A stretch of DNA of 64,000 nt, taken from an uncultured Eubacteriales bacterium (GTDB taxonomy: Bacteria > Bacillota > Clostridia > Oscillospirales > CAG-272). The notes under the pieces were generated by a model. The model ran no database searches. It saw only the letters and a list, made by a program, of their open reading frames with translations, and was not told the DNA's origin. The stretch covers positions 1,981 through 65,980 of the forward strand of contig CASTST010000001.1 of the NCBI GenBank assembly GCA_949451655.1, given 5' to 3'. Below are positions 29,722 to 43,054 of the stretch, piece after piece. A program made the position numbers and the translations under genes. Within the stretch, counting starts at the first letter, position 1. Each line of letters starts with the position of its first letter.

Positions 29722-31110
29722 ATGCTGCATGATACCATAGCCGCTGTTTCCACCCCCTACGGAAAAGGGGGCATTGCCGTCATCCGCATCAGCGGAGACG
29801 AAACCCCTGCTGTGCTTCGGGGCTGTTTCCACACCTCTGGACCGGATCCTGTGGAAAATCCACGCCGTGCCTGCTTCGGTTCCATCGTTCTGAACGGTGA
29901 AACTGTAGATACCTGTCTGGTCACCTTTTTTGCAAACGGTGCGTCTTTCACCGGAGAAGCATCTGCAGAAATCAGCTGCCATGGGGGAACTGCTGTCACA
30001 GCCGCCGTATTGGAAGCAGTATTCCGCGCAGGCGCACGCCCTGCCCAGGCAGGCGAATTTACAAGGCGTGCTTTTTTGTGCGGCAAGTTATCCCTGGATC
30101 AAGCACAGGCTGTTGGACTTTTGATTGACGCAGACACAGACTCCCGCCGCCGTCTTGCCGCCGGTGCGCTGCAAGGCGCCCTGCGGGAAAAAACAGAAGG
30201 CATGCGTGCAAAACTAACCGCACTGCTTGCATCTCTTTACGCTACAATTGACTATCCGGAAGAAGATCTCGCAGAGCAAAGCACAGCAGAAATGTCCGCC
30301 GGATTTTCCGCCGTGACAGAGGAGCTGCATGCTCTGCTCGCCACCTACCGCACCGGAAGTGCAGTGGCAAACGGTGTGCAAACTGTAATCTGCGGTGCAC
30401 CGAACTGCGGAAAAAGTTCATTATATAACCGGATTTTGGGGCAGGAGCGGGCAATTGTAACGGATATTGCCGGCACAACCCGGGATACCCTTTGGGACAC
30501 CGCAGATTTCGGGGGAATCACTCTGCGTCTTGCAGATACTGCCGGACTGCGGGCGGAAGCAGAAACTGCGGATCTTGTGGAGCAAATCGGAGTGGAACGT
30601 TCCCGCCGCAATATAGAAGATGCGGAATTGATCTTTATTGTTTTGGACGGTTCCCGTCCTTTGGAAAAGCAAGAGGAAGAACTGCTGCGAGAGCTGAGTC
30701 AGCGCCAAGATGCAGTGAAAATCGCTGTGATCAATAAGACGGATTTATCCCCTATACCAAAACCGGATTTGAATATGATACAGTCAATGACAAACGAGAC
30801 TGTGGTTTTGTCGGCGAAAACCGGGGAGGGAATGGACGCCCTTGCCAAAGCGGTTGCCGCGCAATATGAAACCCAGAATCGTTCCTATGCAGCCGCGCCC
30901 CTAATTTGGGATGCACGCCACAAAGCCACTTTGGAAGACGCTATATCCCTGCTGGAAACAGCAGCAGGGGCACTGATCGCCGGTGAGCCGGCAGACGGTG
31001 TTTGCACATTGGCGGAAGAAGCGCTGGCAAGTTTATCCATGCTGGACGGCAGAGGCGTTTCGGAAGAAATTGTATCGGAAATATTCTCCCGGTTTTGTGT
31101 GGGAAAATAA
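29722..31110 (+). CDS. mnmE: tRNA modification GTPase MnmE
   Basis: 462-aa ORF with AAGGAG RBS. DTIAAVSTP..., G-domain motifs (GAPNCGKSS, DTAG, NKTD) and a C-terminal FCVGK. Confidence 0.93.
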   Translation: MLHDTIAAVSTPYGKGGIAVIRISGDETPAVLRGCFHTSGPDPVENPRRACFGSIVLNGETVDTCLVTFFANGASFTGEASAEISCHGGTAVTAAVLEAVFRAGARPAQAGEFTRRAFLCGKLSLDQAQAVGLLIDADTDSRRRLAAGALQGALREKTEGMRAKLTALLASLYATIDYPEEDLAEQSTAEMSAGFSAVTEELHALLATYRTGSAVANGVQTVICGAPNCGKSSLYNRILGQERAIVTDIAGTTRDTLWDTADFGGITLRLADTAGLRAEAETADLVEQIGVERSRRNIEDAELIFIVLDGSRPLEKQEEELLRELSQRQDAVKIAVINKTDLSPIPKPDLNMIQSMTNETVVLSAKTGEGMDALAKAVAAQYETQNRSYAAAPLIWDARHKATLEDAISLLETAAGALIAGEPADGVCTLAEEALASLSMLDGRGVSEEIVSEIFSRFCVGK

Positions 31111-31120
31111 ATAAAAGGAT

Positions 31121-31503
31121 AAAAAGGCTCCCCCAGCAAAGGGAGAACGCCTCAGGTACTTATCAACAAAAAGCCTCCCCCCGGCAAAGGGAGGTGGCAC
31201 ATCAAGTTATCACCAAACTAAAAGGCTCCCTTGTGCAAAGGGAGCTGTCACGGCAAAGCCGTGACTGAGGGATTGTCTTTGCTTTCATTTTGTAATTCCT
31301 TCAAATCGGCAGTATGCGCAAACAATCCCTCCGAGTTTTGCTGCGCAAAACCCACCCCCCTTTGCACAAGGGGGGCTTTGGTGGGTGAAAGCTTGGCGAT
31401 CTCCTCCCTTTGCTGTGGAGCCTTTTTTGTTTGTGCTGTGCAGGGGCTCCCTTTACTGGGGGGAGCTTTTGTTAGTACAGCATCGTGCGGCATACGGGAG
31501 CCT
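31121..31503 (-). repeat. Mosaic hairpin-repeat array R12 (1 unit)
   Basis: Core at 31269-31329 (R, the GAAAGCAAAG subtype shared with 41003-41062). Arms are GTCACGGC-AAA-GCCGTGAC and GTTTTGC-TGC-GCAAAAC. Confidence 0.9.
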
Positions 31504-31603
31504 TTTGTCTGTACTTCCCTAAAAGAAATTTTTTCATTTCTACTTCTACAAAACTTTTCCTCTGATTTTTCCTTCTCTTCCATATAAAAAAGCGGAAAAT
31601 CCC

Positions 31604-31632
31604 TTGACTGACGGCACTTTTGGGTATATAAT
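31604..31632 (+). promoter_or_regulatory. Sigma-A type promoter upstream of rny
   Basis: TTGACT (31604-31609), a 17-nt spacer, then TATAAT (31627-31632). About 145 nt upstream of the rny start. Confidence 0.7.
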
Positions 31633-31776
31633 AATTTATATGTATGCTTATATTCCGGCATCCCGCCGACTTTCATATATACCCTTAAAAGCCAGGCTTT
31701 CGGACCGTTTTGGCAGTATGCATATGATTTTGATTTTTGATTGATAAAAAGATCACTTGGAAAAGGAGGTATTGCA

Positions 31777-33345
31777 TTGCCCGCTGTTGCAACTTACATA
31801 ATTATTGCGGTTGTCGCTGCCATCGCCGGCATTGCGGTTGGTGTGCCTGTCGGCATTACCTACCGTAAAAGAATTGCTGAAGCACAGATCGGTTCTGCCG
31901 AACTGCAGGCAAAAAAAATTATTGCTGACGGAATGAATCAGGCGAAAGCAGACGCCGCTGCAGCAAAAAAAGAAGCCCTTATCGAAGCAAAAGAAGAAAT
32001 GCTTCGGGCGAAAAATGAATTTGAGCAGGAAATCAAAGAGCGGCGCAGCGAACTGTCCCGTCAGGAACGCCGCGTCCAGTCTAAAGAGGAAACCCTTGAC
32101 CGGAAAACCGATGCATTGGAAAAAAAGGACGAAAACCTGTCCAAAAAAATTGAGGAAAACGAGCGCGCTGCCGAGGATTTGCAGAATCTGAAAACAGAAG
32201 CACGTATGACTCTCCAGCGTATTTCCGGCATGACTGCCGAACAGGCAAAAGACAAACTGATTGAAGAAATGGTGGAGGAAGTCCGCCACGAGCAAGCCAA
32301 AAAAATGGTGGAGCTGGAACAGGAATTCAAGGATGAAGCGGATGATAAAGCCCGCAACATCATTGCCCAGGCGATCCAGCGCTGTGCCGCGGATCATGTT
32401 GCAGAAATTACAGTTTCCACTGTAACCCTGCCAAATGAGGATATGAAGGGTCGGATTATCGGTCGTGAAGGTCGGAATATCCGTACCATCGAAACCCTAA
32501 CCGGCGTTGATCTCATCATTGACGACACACCGGAAGCAATCACAATTTCCAGCTTTGATCCTGTCCGCCGTGAGGTAGCGCGGATTGCACTGGAACGGCT
32601 GATTACCGACGGCAGAATCCACCCCACCCGCATTGAGGAAATGGTGGAAAAAGCGAAACATGAAGTAGACGTTGCAATCAAGAAAGCCGGTGATGCCGCT
32701 ACCTTTGAAACCGGTATCCACGGTTTGGGCGGCGAGCTGGTTCGTTTGCTGGGTCGCTTGAAATACCGTACCAGCTACGGACAGAACGTGCTCAATCACT
32801 CTATCGAAGTATCGCTTCTTTCCGGCGTAATTGCGGACGAGCTTGGCGTGGACAATATGCTTGCAAAGCGCGCCGGTTTGCTGCATGATATTGGTAAGGC
32901 CCTTACCGCCGAGATGGAAGGTTCCCACGTACAGCTTGGTGTGGATATTGCAAGAAAGTATAAAGAAGGCAAGGACGTAATCCATGCCATTGAAGCCCAC
33001 CACGGCGATGTGGAACCGCAGACCCTTGTGGCAATGATCGTGCAGGCTGCAGACGCGATTTCCGCCGCACGCCCCGGCGCGCGGCGCGAAAATCTGGAAA
33101 ACTATATCAAACGGCTTACCAAACTGGAAGAAATCGCAAAGAGCTTTGAAGGCGTTGAAAAATCCTTTGCAATCCAGGCAGGACGCGAAGTCCGGATTAT
33201 GGTAAAACCGGAGGTTGTTTCCGATGACCGCATGCCTCTTGTAGCACGGGATATCGTGAAAAAAATCGAAGACGAGCTGGAATATCCGGGACAGATCAAA
33301 GTACACATTGTCCGGGAAAGCCGCGCGATTGATTACGCGAAATGA
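31777..33345 (+). CDS. rny: Ribonuclease Y
   Basis: TTG at 31777 sits 7 nt after AAAAGGAGG (the ORF track starts at 31741). N-terminal TM segment, coiled coil, KH domain ([12 protein letters not shown]) and HD domain. Confidence 0.93.
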   Translation: MPAVATYIIIAVVAAIAGIAVGVPVGITYRKRIAEAQIGSAELQAKKIIADGMNQAKADAAAAKKEALIEAKEEMLRAKNEFEQEIKERRSELSRQERRVQSKEETLDRKTDALEKKDENLSKKIEENERAAEDLQNLKTEARMTLQRISGMTAEQAKDKLIEEMVEEVRHEQAKKMVELEQEFKDEADDKARNIIAQAIQRCAADHVAEITVSTVTLPNEDMKGRIIGREGRNIRTIETLTGVDLIIDDTPEAITISSFDPVRREVARIALERLITDGRIHPTRIEEMVEKAKHEVDVAIKKAGDAATFETGIHGLGGELVRLLGRLKYRTSYGQNVLNHSIEVSLLSGVIADELGVDNMLAKRAGLLHDIGKALTAEMEGSHVQLGVDIARKYKEGKDVIHAIEAHHGDVEPQTLVAMIVQAADAISAARPGARRENLENYIKRLTKLEEIAKSFEGVEKSFAIQAGREVRIMVKPEVVSDDRMPLVARDIVKKIEDELEYPGQIKVHIVRESRAIDYAK

Positions 33346-33420
33346 GAACCCGACCCGTCAACAAAATTAAAAATTGCGGACGGATACCCTGGAACCTTGT
33401 TGTTTACACAATAAAAATAA

Positions 33421-33458
33421 AAATCCCTTCTCAATCGAGAAGGGATTTTTTATTTTTG
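33421..33458 (+). terminator. Intrinsic terminator of rny
   Basis: AAATCCCTTCTC-AATC-GAGAAGGGATTT followed by TTTATTTTTG. Confidence 0.85.
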
Positions 33459-33477
33459 CGGCTGCACAAACTTTGCA

Positions 33478-33832
33478 AGGATCCCATGTGCAAATCACAC
33501 CAAACAAAACCCCCCTTATGCTGTACCAATAAAAAGGCTCCCTTGTGCAATACCACCAAATAAAAAGCCCCCCTTGTGCAAAGGGGGCTCCCGCGAAGCG
33601 GGTGAGGGATTGTTATACAATCATTTTGGATAATCTTCAAATCGACAGTATATACAAACAATCCCCCCGTCACAGCAAAGCTGTGACACCCCCTCGGAAC
33701 TGCGCAGCAGGTCCTCACATGGGGGGCTTTGGTGGGGAAGGAGGCTCCCTTTGCTGGGGGGAGCCTACAAAAATTGGATGTTATCGCGACAGCTCCCTAT
33801 GGAGCCACACAGTGGATACTCACAAGGGAGCC
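33478..33832 (-). repeat. Mosaic hairpin-repeat array R13 (1 unit)
   Basis: Core at 33606-33665 (R). Preceded by three truncated half-hairpins of the type G/C-run + TTGTGCAA + ..CACCAAA(C/T)AAAA. Confidence 0.9.
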
Positions 33833-33978
33833 TTACAAACTTTGTACAAACTTACAACAAATATCCTATTCCACAGAGTTTTCCAAAGCTTTTGTGGAAA
33901 ACCGGTGGGAAAGCATGTTCCGTTGACAAACTGCACATTGTAATGTAAAATAAATCTATCTTCTAAGGAGAATCAACC

Positions 33979-34494
33979 GTGGAAATTTCAAAAAATCACA
34001 GCGTATGTTTTACCGGGCACCGCCAAGTATTGGGAAAACATACCCACATACTCCCCATTCGGCTGGAAAAAACAATAATAAATCTGATCCGCTTGGGCTA
34101 CAACAATTTTATTGCCGGCGGTGCAGTGGGATTTGACATGATTGCGGCAGAGACCGTTCTTTTGGCGCGGGAATATAATCCAGCAATCACGCTTTTTCTT
34201 GCGCTTCCCTGCCGGAATCAGACTGCACGCTGGAAAAATCCTTCCGATATAGAACGATACAACCGTCTGCTTGCACAGGCAAACGATATCCACTATATTC
34301 AGGATGCATATTCCAGCACATGCATGCACAAGCGCAACCGCTGGATGGTAGATCACAGTGCAGTCTGCGTGGCATATTTGAATGATACGGCGCGTGGTGG
34401 CACTGCTTATACCGTAAATTATGCAAATACACAGGATTTGCCTGTAGTCAATTTGGCAAGCAGCAATTATTTGGAAGCATTTGGAGAAGAATAA
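33979..34494 (+). CDS. SLOG-family protein (DUF1273/YpsA-like)
   Basis: GTG start after AAGGAG. CFTGHR motif and GGAVGFDMIAAE are typical of DUF1273. Confidence 0.75.
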   Translation: MEISKNHSVCFTGHRQVLGKHTHILPIRLEKTIINLIRLGYNNFIAGGAVGFDMIAAETVLLAREYNPAITLFLALPCRNQTARWKNPSDIERYNRLLAQANDIHYIQDAYSSTCMHKRNRWMVDHSAVCVAYLNDTARGGTAYTVNYANTQDLPVVNLASSNYLEAFGEE

Positions 34495-34506
34495 AAAATA
34501 ATAAGC

Positions 34507-34798
34507 TTTCACCAAACAAAAAAGGCTCCAGCAAAGAGAGCTGTCACAGCAAAACATATTAGTAGAAGCCCCCCTTGTGCAAATCCCACCAAACAAAAGC
34601 CTCCCTTGTGCAAAGGGAGGTGGCGCGGCGTAAGCCGTGGCGGAGGGATTGTCTGCACGAACTGCCGATTTGTAGATTATCTAAAATAATAGCAGGGACA
34701 ATCCCTCAGTCGCTATCGCGACAGCTCCCTTTACACAAGGGAGCCTATAAAAGTTGGGTGCTATGCTATCGCGACACCCCCCTTTGCACAAGGGGGGC
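34507..34798 (+). repeat. Mosaic hairpin-repeat array R14 (1 unit)
   Basis: Core at 34645-34705 (F). Arms are GGCGCGGC-GTAA-GCCGTGGC and GTCGC-TAT-CGCGAC. Confidence 0.9.
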
Positions 34799-34820
34799 TT
34801 TTGTTTTCTACTCTTTCCCG

Positions 34821-35426
34821 TTAATATGTTGGACTGTCCAGCCGCCATGCGCCGTTTTCATAGATCATTTGCACTTCAACCACAGTATCTTCTTTTCCGT
34901 CTACATAGGATTGCACTTTCACTACCGCGCTGTTTCCCTTTTTGCTTACAACCTGCACATCCGTACCGTATGTCCGGGTATCTATGACGGTGAAATCCTT
35001 GCGCACTGCAAGGGTTCCGCTTTCCGTTTCCATATACCGGGCATAAGTGGCTGTTGATCCCTCATCGGAAATGCCGGTAAACGCCATTTCATAGAGATAT
35101 GCGCAGTACGACTCAGAATAAACCTTTTCCGTTGCTTCTTTGATTCTGTCTACAGAATCGTATCCGGTACTTTTATCTACAGGCAGATACTGCAAAAGAC
35201 TTACGCTTGTTTTAATTTCCCGTGCGAACGCCGCCGCAGCTTCGCTGTCCTCTACCACTGCTGCAAGTCCCTTTCCAAAGTAAATTTCATTGACAGGAAT
35301 ACTTTCTGCAATCAGATCTGCCGCAGCTTCTATAATTTCATCATCGGTAAAGGCAGACCCACCGCAACCTGCCAAAAGAAAAATCATACAGGCAGCTGCA
35401 AGCAGAGATACAAACTTTCTTTTCAT
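34821..35426 (-). CDS. Putative lipoprotein
   Basis: 201-aa ORF with signal peptide and lipobox (LLAGC-GGS). GAAAGGGA RBS. It sits 31 nt downstream of gyrA. Confidence 0.75.
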   Translation of the reverse strand: MKRKFVSLLAAACMIFLLAGCGGSAFTDDEIIEAAADLIAESIPVNEIYFGKGLAAVVEDSEAAAAFAREIKTSVSLLQYLPVDKSTGYDSVDRIKEATEKVYSESYCAYLYEMAFTGISDEGSTATYARYMETESGTLAVRKDFTVIDTRTYGTDVQVVSKKGNSAVVKVQSYVDGKEDTVVEVQMIYENGAWRLDSPTY

Positions 35427-35457
35427 GCTAAAGAATCCCTTTCACATGTATGCAAAC

Positions 35458-38088
35458 TTATACTTCACTTTCTCCGGCAGGACCTTCTGTTTCCGCGTTT
35501 TCCGCAGTTTCAGATACAGCTTCATCAGATTCTTCTGTTTCCGCTTCCTCATCCTCTTCTATTTTCTCTGCCACAGCAAAGCTTACAATAGAAGCGTCGT
35601 CTGCAAGCCGCATTACCCGCACGCCGGTTGCACTGCTGCCCTTCAGCAGAGATACTTCCGAGGCGGCAATCCGGATCAGTGTACCAGTATCGGTGATGAG
35701 CATCAAATCTTCATCCTCCGTTGCGACTGCTACGCCGCACAGCTTACCGGTTTTTTCGGAAATACTTTGACAGCGCACACCCATATTGGGTCGGTTTTTC
35801 CGGCGGAAATTGGAGAAGGGTACCCGCTTGCCGATTCCCTTTTCCGTAATGGTGACCATATAATGGGTTTCCTGCCATACCGGATCATTTTCCACAATGA
35901 CAGCGCCTACTACCCGGTCGCCTTCCCGCAGCCGGATACCGGTAACACCCCGGGAGGTTCTGCCCACGACCCGGACATCACTTTCCGCAAAACGTGAGCC
36001 TTGTCCGTCGGCGGTGGCAATCAGGATATCCGCATCGCCCATGGTTCTGTCCACAAAGATGAGATTATCTCCCTCATCCAGATTGATCGCAATTTTTCCG
36101 CCCTTGCGCTGATATTCGAATTCGCTGAGGGCTGTCCGTTTGATAACGCCTGCTTGGGTAACCATCACAAGATATTCATCACTGGCAAATCCCGCAATGG
36201 AAATAATGGCGGTGACGCTTTCGCCTTCCTCCAGATCCAGCAGATTGACAATATTGGTTCCCTTTGCTGTGCGGGACGCTTCCGGAATCTGGTATGCTTT
36301 TTTCGCAAACACCTTACCCCGGCTTGTAAACAGCAGCAGATAAGAATGACTGTCTGCAACGATAACCTTTTCCGTATAGTCTTCTTCCTTCATAGTGAGT
36401 CCGGCTTTGCCCATACCGCCGCGCCGCTGTGCTGCATATACATCCGCAGGCTGCCGTTTCACATATCCGGTCTTGGTCATCGTGATAATACACTTGTGCT
36501 GTTCGATGAGATCCTCAAGCTGGATTTCATCGTGAGATTCAACCAGCTCTGTCTTTCTTCCGTCTGCAAATTTCCGGCGGATTTCAGACAGCTCATCCTT
36601 GATAATTCCCTTCACTTTTTCAGGATCTGCCAGAATTCCACGCAGCTCTGCTACAGCCGCCGACAATTCTGCCAGTTTTTCTTCAATTTTCTGCCGTTCC
36701 AAGCCCGAAAGCCGACCCAGAGGCATAGATACTATAGCCTGTGCTTGCTCGTCAGAAAGACCCGCATTTTCGCTTCCTGCGAATTCAAGGAGTCCTTCCC
36801 TTGTGGAGATGTCCGCATTCTGGCTTCCGTCTCCCACAAAGCGGGCTTTCAAATTCTCTTTTGCGGTAGGCGTGTCCGGGCTGCTGCGGATAATGGAAAT
36901 TACTTCATCAATATTGTCGATGGCAATTTTATATCCTTCATACAGGTGCGCTTCCCGCAGGGCTTTATTTAGTTCAAACTGAGTACGCCGGGTGATAACG
37001 CTTTTCTGATGGTCAATATATGCTTCCAGAATCTGCTTCAGATTGAGCACCTTCGGCTCGCCGTTCAGCAGCGCCAGCATATTGATGGCGCAGGTATCCT
37101 GCAGCTGGGTATATTTATACAGCTGATTCAGAATAATCTGACAGTTTGCATCCCGCCGGCATTCGATGACAATCCGCATACCGTGGCGTCCGGATTCGTC
37201 CCGGATTCCGGTGATTCCTTCCACCCGTTTATCCCGCACCAGATTTGCAATGGATTCCACCAGCATGGATTTATTCACCTGATAGGGAATTTCCGTTACG
37301 ATAATCCGGTGCTTCTCTTCTTCAATATTTGCCCGGGCGCGCACCATAACCCGTCCCCGTCCGGTGGTATATGCTTCATATATGCCCGCGCTGCCGTAGA
37401 TAGTAGCAGCTGTCGGAAAATCCGGTCCTTTTATGTACTGCATGAGCGCAGGAATTTCTGCTTCCGGATTGTCCAGAAGGAACAAGGTTCCGTCAATGAC
37501 CTCGCCCATATTATGAGGCGGGATATTGGTTGCCATACCTACTGCAATACCGACAGATCCGTTGACCAGCAAATTGGGGAACCGGGCGGGCAGCACGGTA
37601 GGCTCCTTACGCCGGTTATCGAAGTTGGGCATAAAATCCACAACATCTTTTTCAATATCCTGCATCAGCTCGCTGGCAAGCTTGGACATGCGTGCTTCCG
37701 TATAACGGTATGCAGCCGCGCCGTCTCCGTCAATGGAGCCGAAGTTTCCGTGTCCCTGAATCAGCGGATACCGAAGCGAAAAGTCCTGCGCCATACGAAC
37801 CATTGTGCCGTATACGGCGCTGTCACCGTGCGGGTGATACCGACCCAGCACGTTACCGACTGTCGTTGCAGATTTGCGGAACGGCTTGTCATGTGTCAGA
37901 TTGTCCTCGTACATTGCGTACATAATACGCCGCTGTCCGGGTTTCATTCCGTCCCGCACGTCCGGCAGGGCACGGCTGATGATTACGGACATAGAATATT
38001 CCAGAAAAGATTGGCGCACCCGCTTTTCCATGGCAATGGGTTTGATTTTCTGCTCCGGAAATTCAATATTATTATTTTCTTCGCGCAC
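35458..38088 (-). CDS. gyrA: DNA gyrase subunit A
   Basis: 876-aa ORF, GTG start after AAGGGG. GyrA motifs ([11 protein letters not shown], the GyrA-box region) and an acidic C-terminal tail. Confidence 0.97.
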   Translation of the reverse strand: MREENNNIEFPEQKIKPIAMEKRVRQSFLEYSMSVIISRALPDVRDGMKPGQRRIMYAMYEDNLTHDKPFRKSATTVGNVLGRYHPHGDSAVYGTMVRMAQDFSLRYPLIQGHGNFGSIDGDGAAAYRYTEARMSKLASELMQDIEKDVVDFMPNFDNRRKEPTVLPARFPNLLVNGSVGIAVGMATNIPPHNMGEVIDGTLFLLDNPEAEIPALMQYIKGPDFPTAATIYGSAGIYEAYTTGRGRVMVRARANIEEEKHRIIVTEIPYQVNKSMLVESIANLVRDKRVEGITGIRDESGRHGMRIVIECRRDANCQIILNQLYKYTQLQDTCAINMLALLNGEPKVLNLKQILEAYIDHQKSVITRRTQFELNKALREAHLYEGYKIAIDNIDEVISIIRSSPDTPTAKENLKARFVGDGSQNADISTREGLLEFAGSENAGLSDEQAQAIVSMPLGRLSGLERQKIEEKLAELSAAVAELRGILADPEKVKGIIKDELSEIRRKFADGRKTELVESHDEIQLEDLIEQHKCIITMTKTGYVKRQPADVYAAQRRGGMGKAGLTMKEEDYTEKVIVADSHSYLLLFTSRGKVFAKKAYQIPEASRTAKGTNIVNLLDLEEGESVTAIISIAGFASDEYLVMVTQAGVIKRTALSEFEYQRKGGKIAINLDEGDNLIFVDRTMGDADILIATADGQGSRFAESDVRVVGRTSRGVTGIRLREGDRVVGAVIVENDPVWQETHYMVTITEKGIGKRVPFSNFRRKNRPNMGVRCQSISEKTGKLCGVAVATEDEDLMLITDTGTLIRIAASEVSLLKGSSATGVRVMRLADDASIVSFAVAEKIEEDEEAETEESDEAVSETAENAETEGPAGESEV

Positions 38089-38125
38089 GTTTCTACCCCT
38101 TTATTGTAAGCAAATACATATTTGC

Positions 38126-40093
<1,968 letters not shown>

Positions 40094-40117
40094 TTACAGC
40101 ATGCGGTGCGCAATGCT

Positions 40118-40405
40118 TTATTTTTCATAATTTTCCTGCTGTCCGGCACGTCCGCACAAACTGCGGGCAGACAGCTTACATAAAATGACCCGCTCATCCG
40201 TATCGCGAGAACGTGCGGTGCGGGATTTTCCCGTAAGGAGAAAGGATTTCGGCAAATCGTCTCCTGCGAGGATCAGTTTTTTTTCTTTTTCCGCAAAGCG
40301 CAGAAATTCTTTGGTTGTTTTTTGCGTATTGACGTTGTCTATATCAAAGATACCGATAATATCGGATTTTGTAACAGACACGTCTGCACCCAGGTATAAA
40401 AACAT
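40118..40405 (-). CDS. remB: DUF370 protein (RemB/YaaB-like)
   Basis: 95-aa ORF. SDIIGIFDID...FL are DUF370 hallmarks. Its position immediately upstream of gyrB matches Bacillus. Confidence 0.8.
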   Translation of the reverse strand: MFLYLGADVSVTKSDIIGIFDIDNVNTQKTTKEFLRFAEKEKKLILAGDDLPKSFLLTGKSRTARSRDTDERVILCKLSARSLCGRAGQQENYEK

Positions 40406-40523
40406 AAGTGTCCTTTCAAATAAGCTAAATACGGCTTTTATTGGAAAGAGACTCTAAATAGGATATATATTTTAGGGTCTCACTTGGTACAGGGGGGCAC
40501 ATTAGCCAAAGTTTCCACTTTAT

Positions 40524-41372
40524 AAGGCTCCCCCAGCAAAAGGAGTTTCCATATAGCACAAACTTCAAAAGGCTCTCTTGCGCTATAAGGAATATGACGT
40601 ATCAAATTACCACCATACTCAAGCCTCCCCCAAACAAAGGAAAGTGGCGCAGCGCAAACTTCCACTTCCTTCATAAGCCCCCCCATGTGAGGACCTGCTG
40701 CGCAGTTCCGAGGGGGTGGCTTTCCATATGCGAGTCGGGGGGATTGTCTGCATATACTGCCGATTTTGAGATCATTCAAAATGATAGTAAAACAATCCCT
40801 CAGTCTCCGCTACCGCGGAGCCAGCTCCCTTTACACAAGGGAGCCTTTATAAATTGGGGAGCGCTATCGCGCCAGCTACCACCTCACCAAAGCCCCCTTA
40901 TACTGAAGCCACATAGCGGAAGGTGGTGGCGTAGTAAGTTTTCGCCCCATTCAAGCCTCCCCCCAGCAAAGGGGGGGTGGGTTTTGCGCAGCAAAACTCG
41001 GAGGGATTGTTTGCGCATACTGCCGATTTGAAGAAATACAAATTGAAAGCAAAGACAATCCCTCACCCGCTTCGCGGGAGCTCCCTTTGCACAAGGGAGC
41101 CTTTTAAAGTTATGTGCTACACAGGAGTTCCTTTTGCTGGGGGAGCCTATAATCAAGCCCTAAGCCTCCCCTGTGCAAGGGGAGGTGTCAGCTAAGCGTA
41201 GCGTTGCTGACGGAGGGGTTGTTTCGCACATATCGCCACTTTATGGTTCCTGCGAAATGATAGTTTTACAATCCCTCAGTCACGGCTAAGCCGTGCCAGA
41301 TCCTTTACTGGAGGGAGCCTTTTGGTTTGATGCTTCATGACAGCTCCCGATAAAGCCACGCAGTGAATTCCC
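40524..41372 (+). repeat. Mosaic hairpin-repeat array R15 (3 units in tandem)
   Basis: Cores at 40739-40799, 41003-41062 and 41215-41275 (the last degenerate, with GGGGTTGT), all F. This is the longest array in the window and fills the dnaN-remB gap. Confidence 0.9.
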
Positions 41373-41402
41373 GCTGATCCTTATAAAGTTCCTTACTCTT
41401 TC

Positions 41403-42557
41403 TTATTTTCCGTTCATCCGCAAAGGCATAATGAACAAGGTATATTTTACCGGCTGTCTCTCTTCTATTTCTCCCTCGCCGGGTTCTATACACATACCCA
41501 TGAGCGGTCCGTTCATCCGCAGACACACCACTTCCGTCTCACCTGCTGCTTTCAGTGCATCCAAAAGATACCGGCAATTAAACGCAATTACCAAGGTTTC
41601 TCCTGTAAAATGAATCGGCATCTCTTCATAGATACTTCCGCCGGCAGATGAAGATGAAATTTTCAACATTCCCTCCTCAAATTCCAGCTTAATATACGTT
41701 TTTGAATTGCTTCCTCCCAGTTTATCTTCCGTTACAATAGACGCACGTTCCACTGCGCGGATCAGCTCTGCTGCGTTAATAAATGCAATCCGGTCATAAT
41801 TCTCCGGCAAGATTCTGTTATAATTGAGATACTCCCCATCAATCAATCTGGAAAAATAGGTATATCCGTCAATCTGGAAAATAACATGCTTTCTTGCGAG
41901 GGAAACGGTGATTTCTTCTTCCGTATCTTTTATCATGCGCATGATTTCCATCAGAATTCTTCCGGGAATGATGAAGGACGCATCCGGCGCTCCCTCTTCC
42001 AAATTTGCCTGTGCAAGTCCCAATCGGTTTCCGTCGCATCCCACGCAACGCAGCGTTTCATCTTCTACTGTAAAATAAACACCCGTAAAAATTGGCTTGG
42101 ATGCGTTCTGCGCAATGGCAAAAATCGTTTTGGATATCATTTTCCGCAGAAGATACTGGGGCATTTTATAATTTCTGTCTCCTGATAACAGCGGCAGCGC
42201 AGGAAAGTTTTCTCCCGGCAGTGCATTGATTTCAAATGTGCTGTTTCCGCTTTTAATATGCACACGGTTTTTATCGTCCACTTCTATGAGAATATCTCCG
42301 GCAGGCAGACTGCGGACTATCTGCAAAATATTTTGGCTGTTTATAATATAGCTTCCTTCCTGCAAAATAGTTGCCTCCACAGAAGTACGCAATCCCTTTT
42401 CCATATCGTATGCTGTAATCTGGCAGGTTCCCTCTGCGGGTCCGGGACACTCGAACAATATTCCTTCAATTGCTGCTACTGTATTTCTTGCAGGGGCAAC
42501 GGAAGCAGCTGGCGCCAGTGCTGCAAGGAGTGTATCTCTATCAAATTGCACTTTCAT
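41403..42557 (-). CDS. dnaN: DNA polymerase III subunit beta
   Basis: ATG (MKVQFDRDTLL...) at 42557. The ORF track uses TTG at 42569. Sliding-clamp sequence throughout. Confidence 0.95.
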   Translation of the reverse strand: MKVQFDRDTLLAALAPAASVAPARNTVAAIEGILFECPGPAEGTCQITAYDMEKGLRTSVEATILQEGSYIINSQNILQIVRSLPAGDILIEVDDKNRVHIKSGNSTFEINALPGENFPALPLLSGDRNYKMPQYLLRKMISKTIFAIAQNASKPIFTGVYFTVEDETLRCVGCDGNRLGLAQANLEEGAPDASFIIPGRILMEIMRMIKDTEEEITVSLARKHVIFQIDGYTYFSRLIDGEYLNYNRILPENYDRIAFINAAELIRAVERASIVTEDKLGGSNSKTYIKLEFEEGMLKISSSSAGGSIYEEMPIHFTGETLVIAFNCRYLLDALKAAGETEVVCLRMNGPLMGMCIEPGEGEIEERQPVKYTLFIMPLRMNGK

Positions 42558-42569
42558 AATGATATTCAA

Positions 42570-43054
42570 CCTTTCTTTGCAAGCAATCTGTACGCTGCGC
42601 TATGCAGTCCGGTCAGCAGTGTAATGCTTGCTTTTTCAATAATAAATAAAATAAATATAATAATAAATAAAACAGAAGAAACAGTAGGTACTGTGGAAAT
42701 TGTGGAAAACCGGGAAAAGCCTGTCACCACTGTAAAAATTTAGTGGATGTTTCAATTTTGCTTTTTGGAAAACCCTTGGAAATCTGTGGAAAAACAGAAC
42801 GAATTTTTCCGAATTTTAGATTTTTTAGTTTCATTGGGAAAATATATGTTTTCCAAAGGTATTTTTTCTTTCCATATCCTGTGGAAAAGTCTTTTTATTG
42901 ATGCAGGAGTAAAACAGGAAAAAAGTTTTCCACAGGATCGCATTTTTGTATTCCAAAGGAATACGCCGTTTGACAAAAAGGCTTTTCTTTCCCTTTTCCG
43001 GACTTTTTCCAAAGGGTTTTCCACAGCTTTTCTCCCTTTGGAAAAGTCTTTGGA
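42570..43054. other. oriC (dnaA-dnaN spacer) with a DnaA-box cluster
   Basis: TGTGGAAAT at 42692-42700. TGTGGAAAA at 42701-42709, 42785-42793 and 42880-42888. TTTTCCACA at 42926-42934 and 43017-43025. The latter two forms match the 9-bp consensus TTATCCACA at 8 of 9 positions. Weaker TTTTCCAAA sites lie at 42849 and 43005. No credible coding ORF. Confidence 0.8.
42638..42672. other. AT-only tract, candidate DNA unwinding element of oriC
   Basis: 35 consecutive A/T bases (AATAATAAATAAAATAAATATAATAATAAATAAAA) between the DnaA-box cluster and dnaN. Confidence 0.6.
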
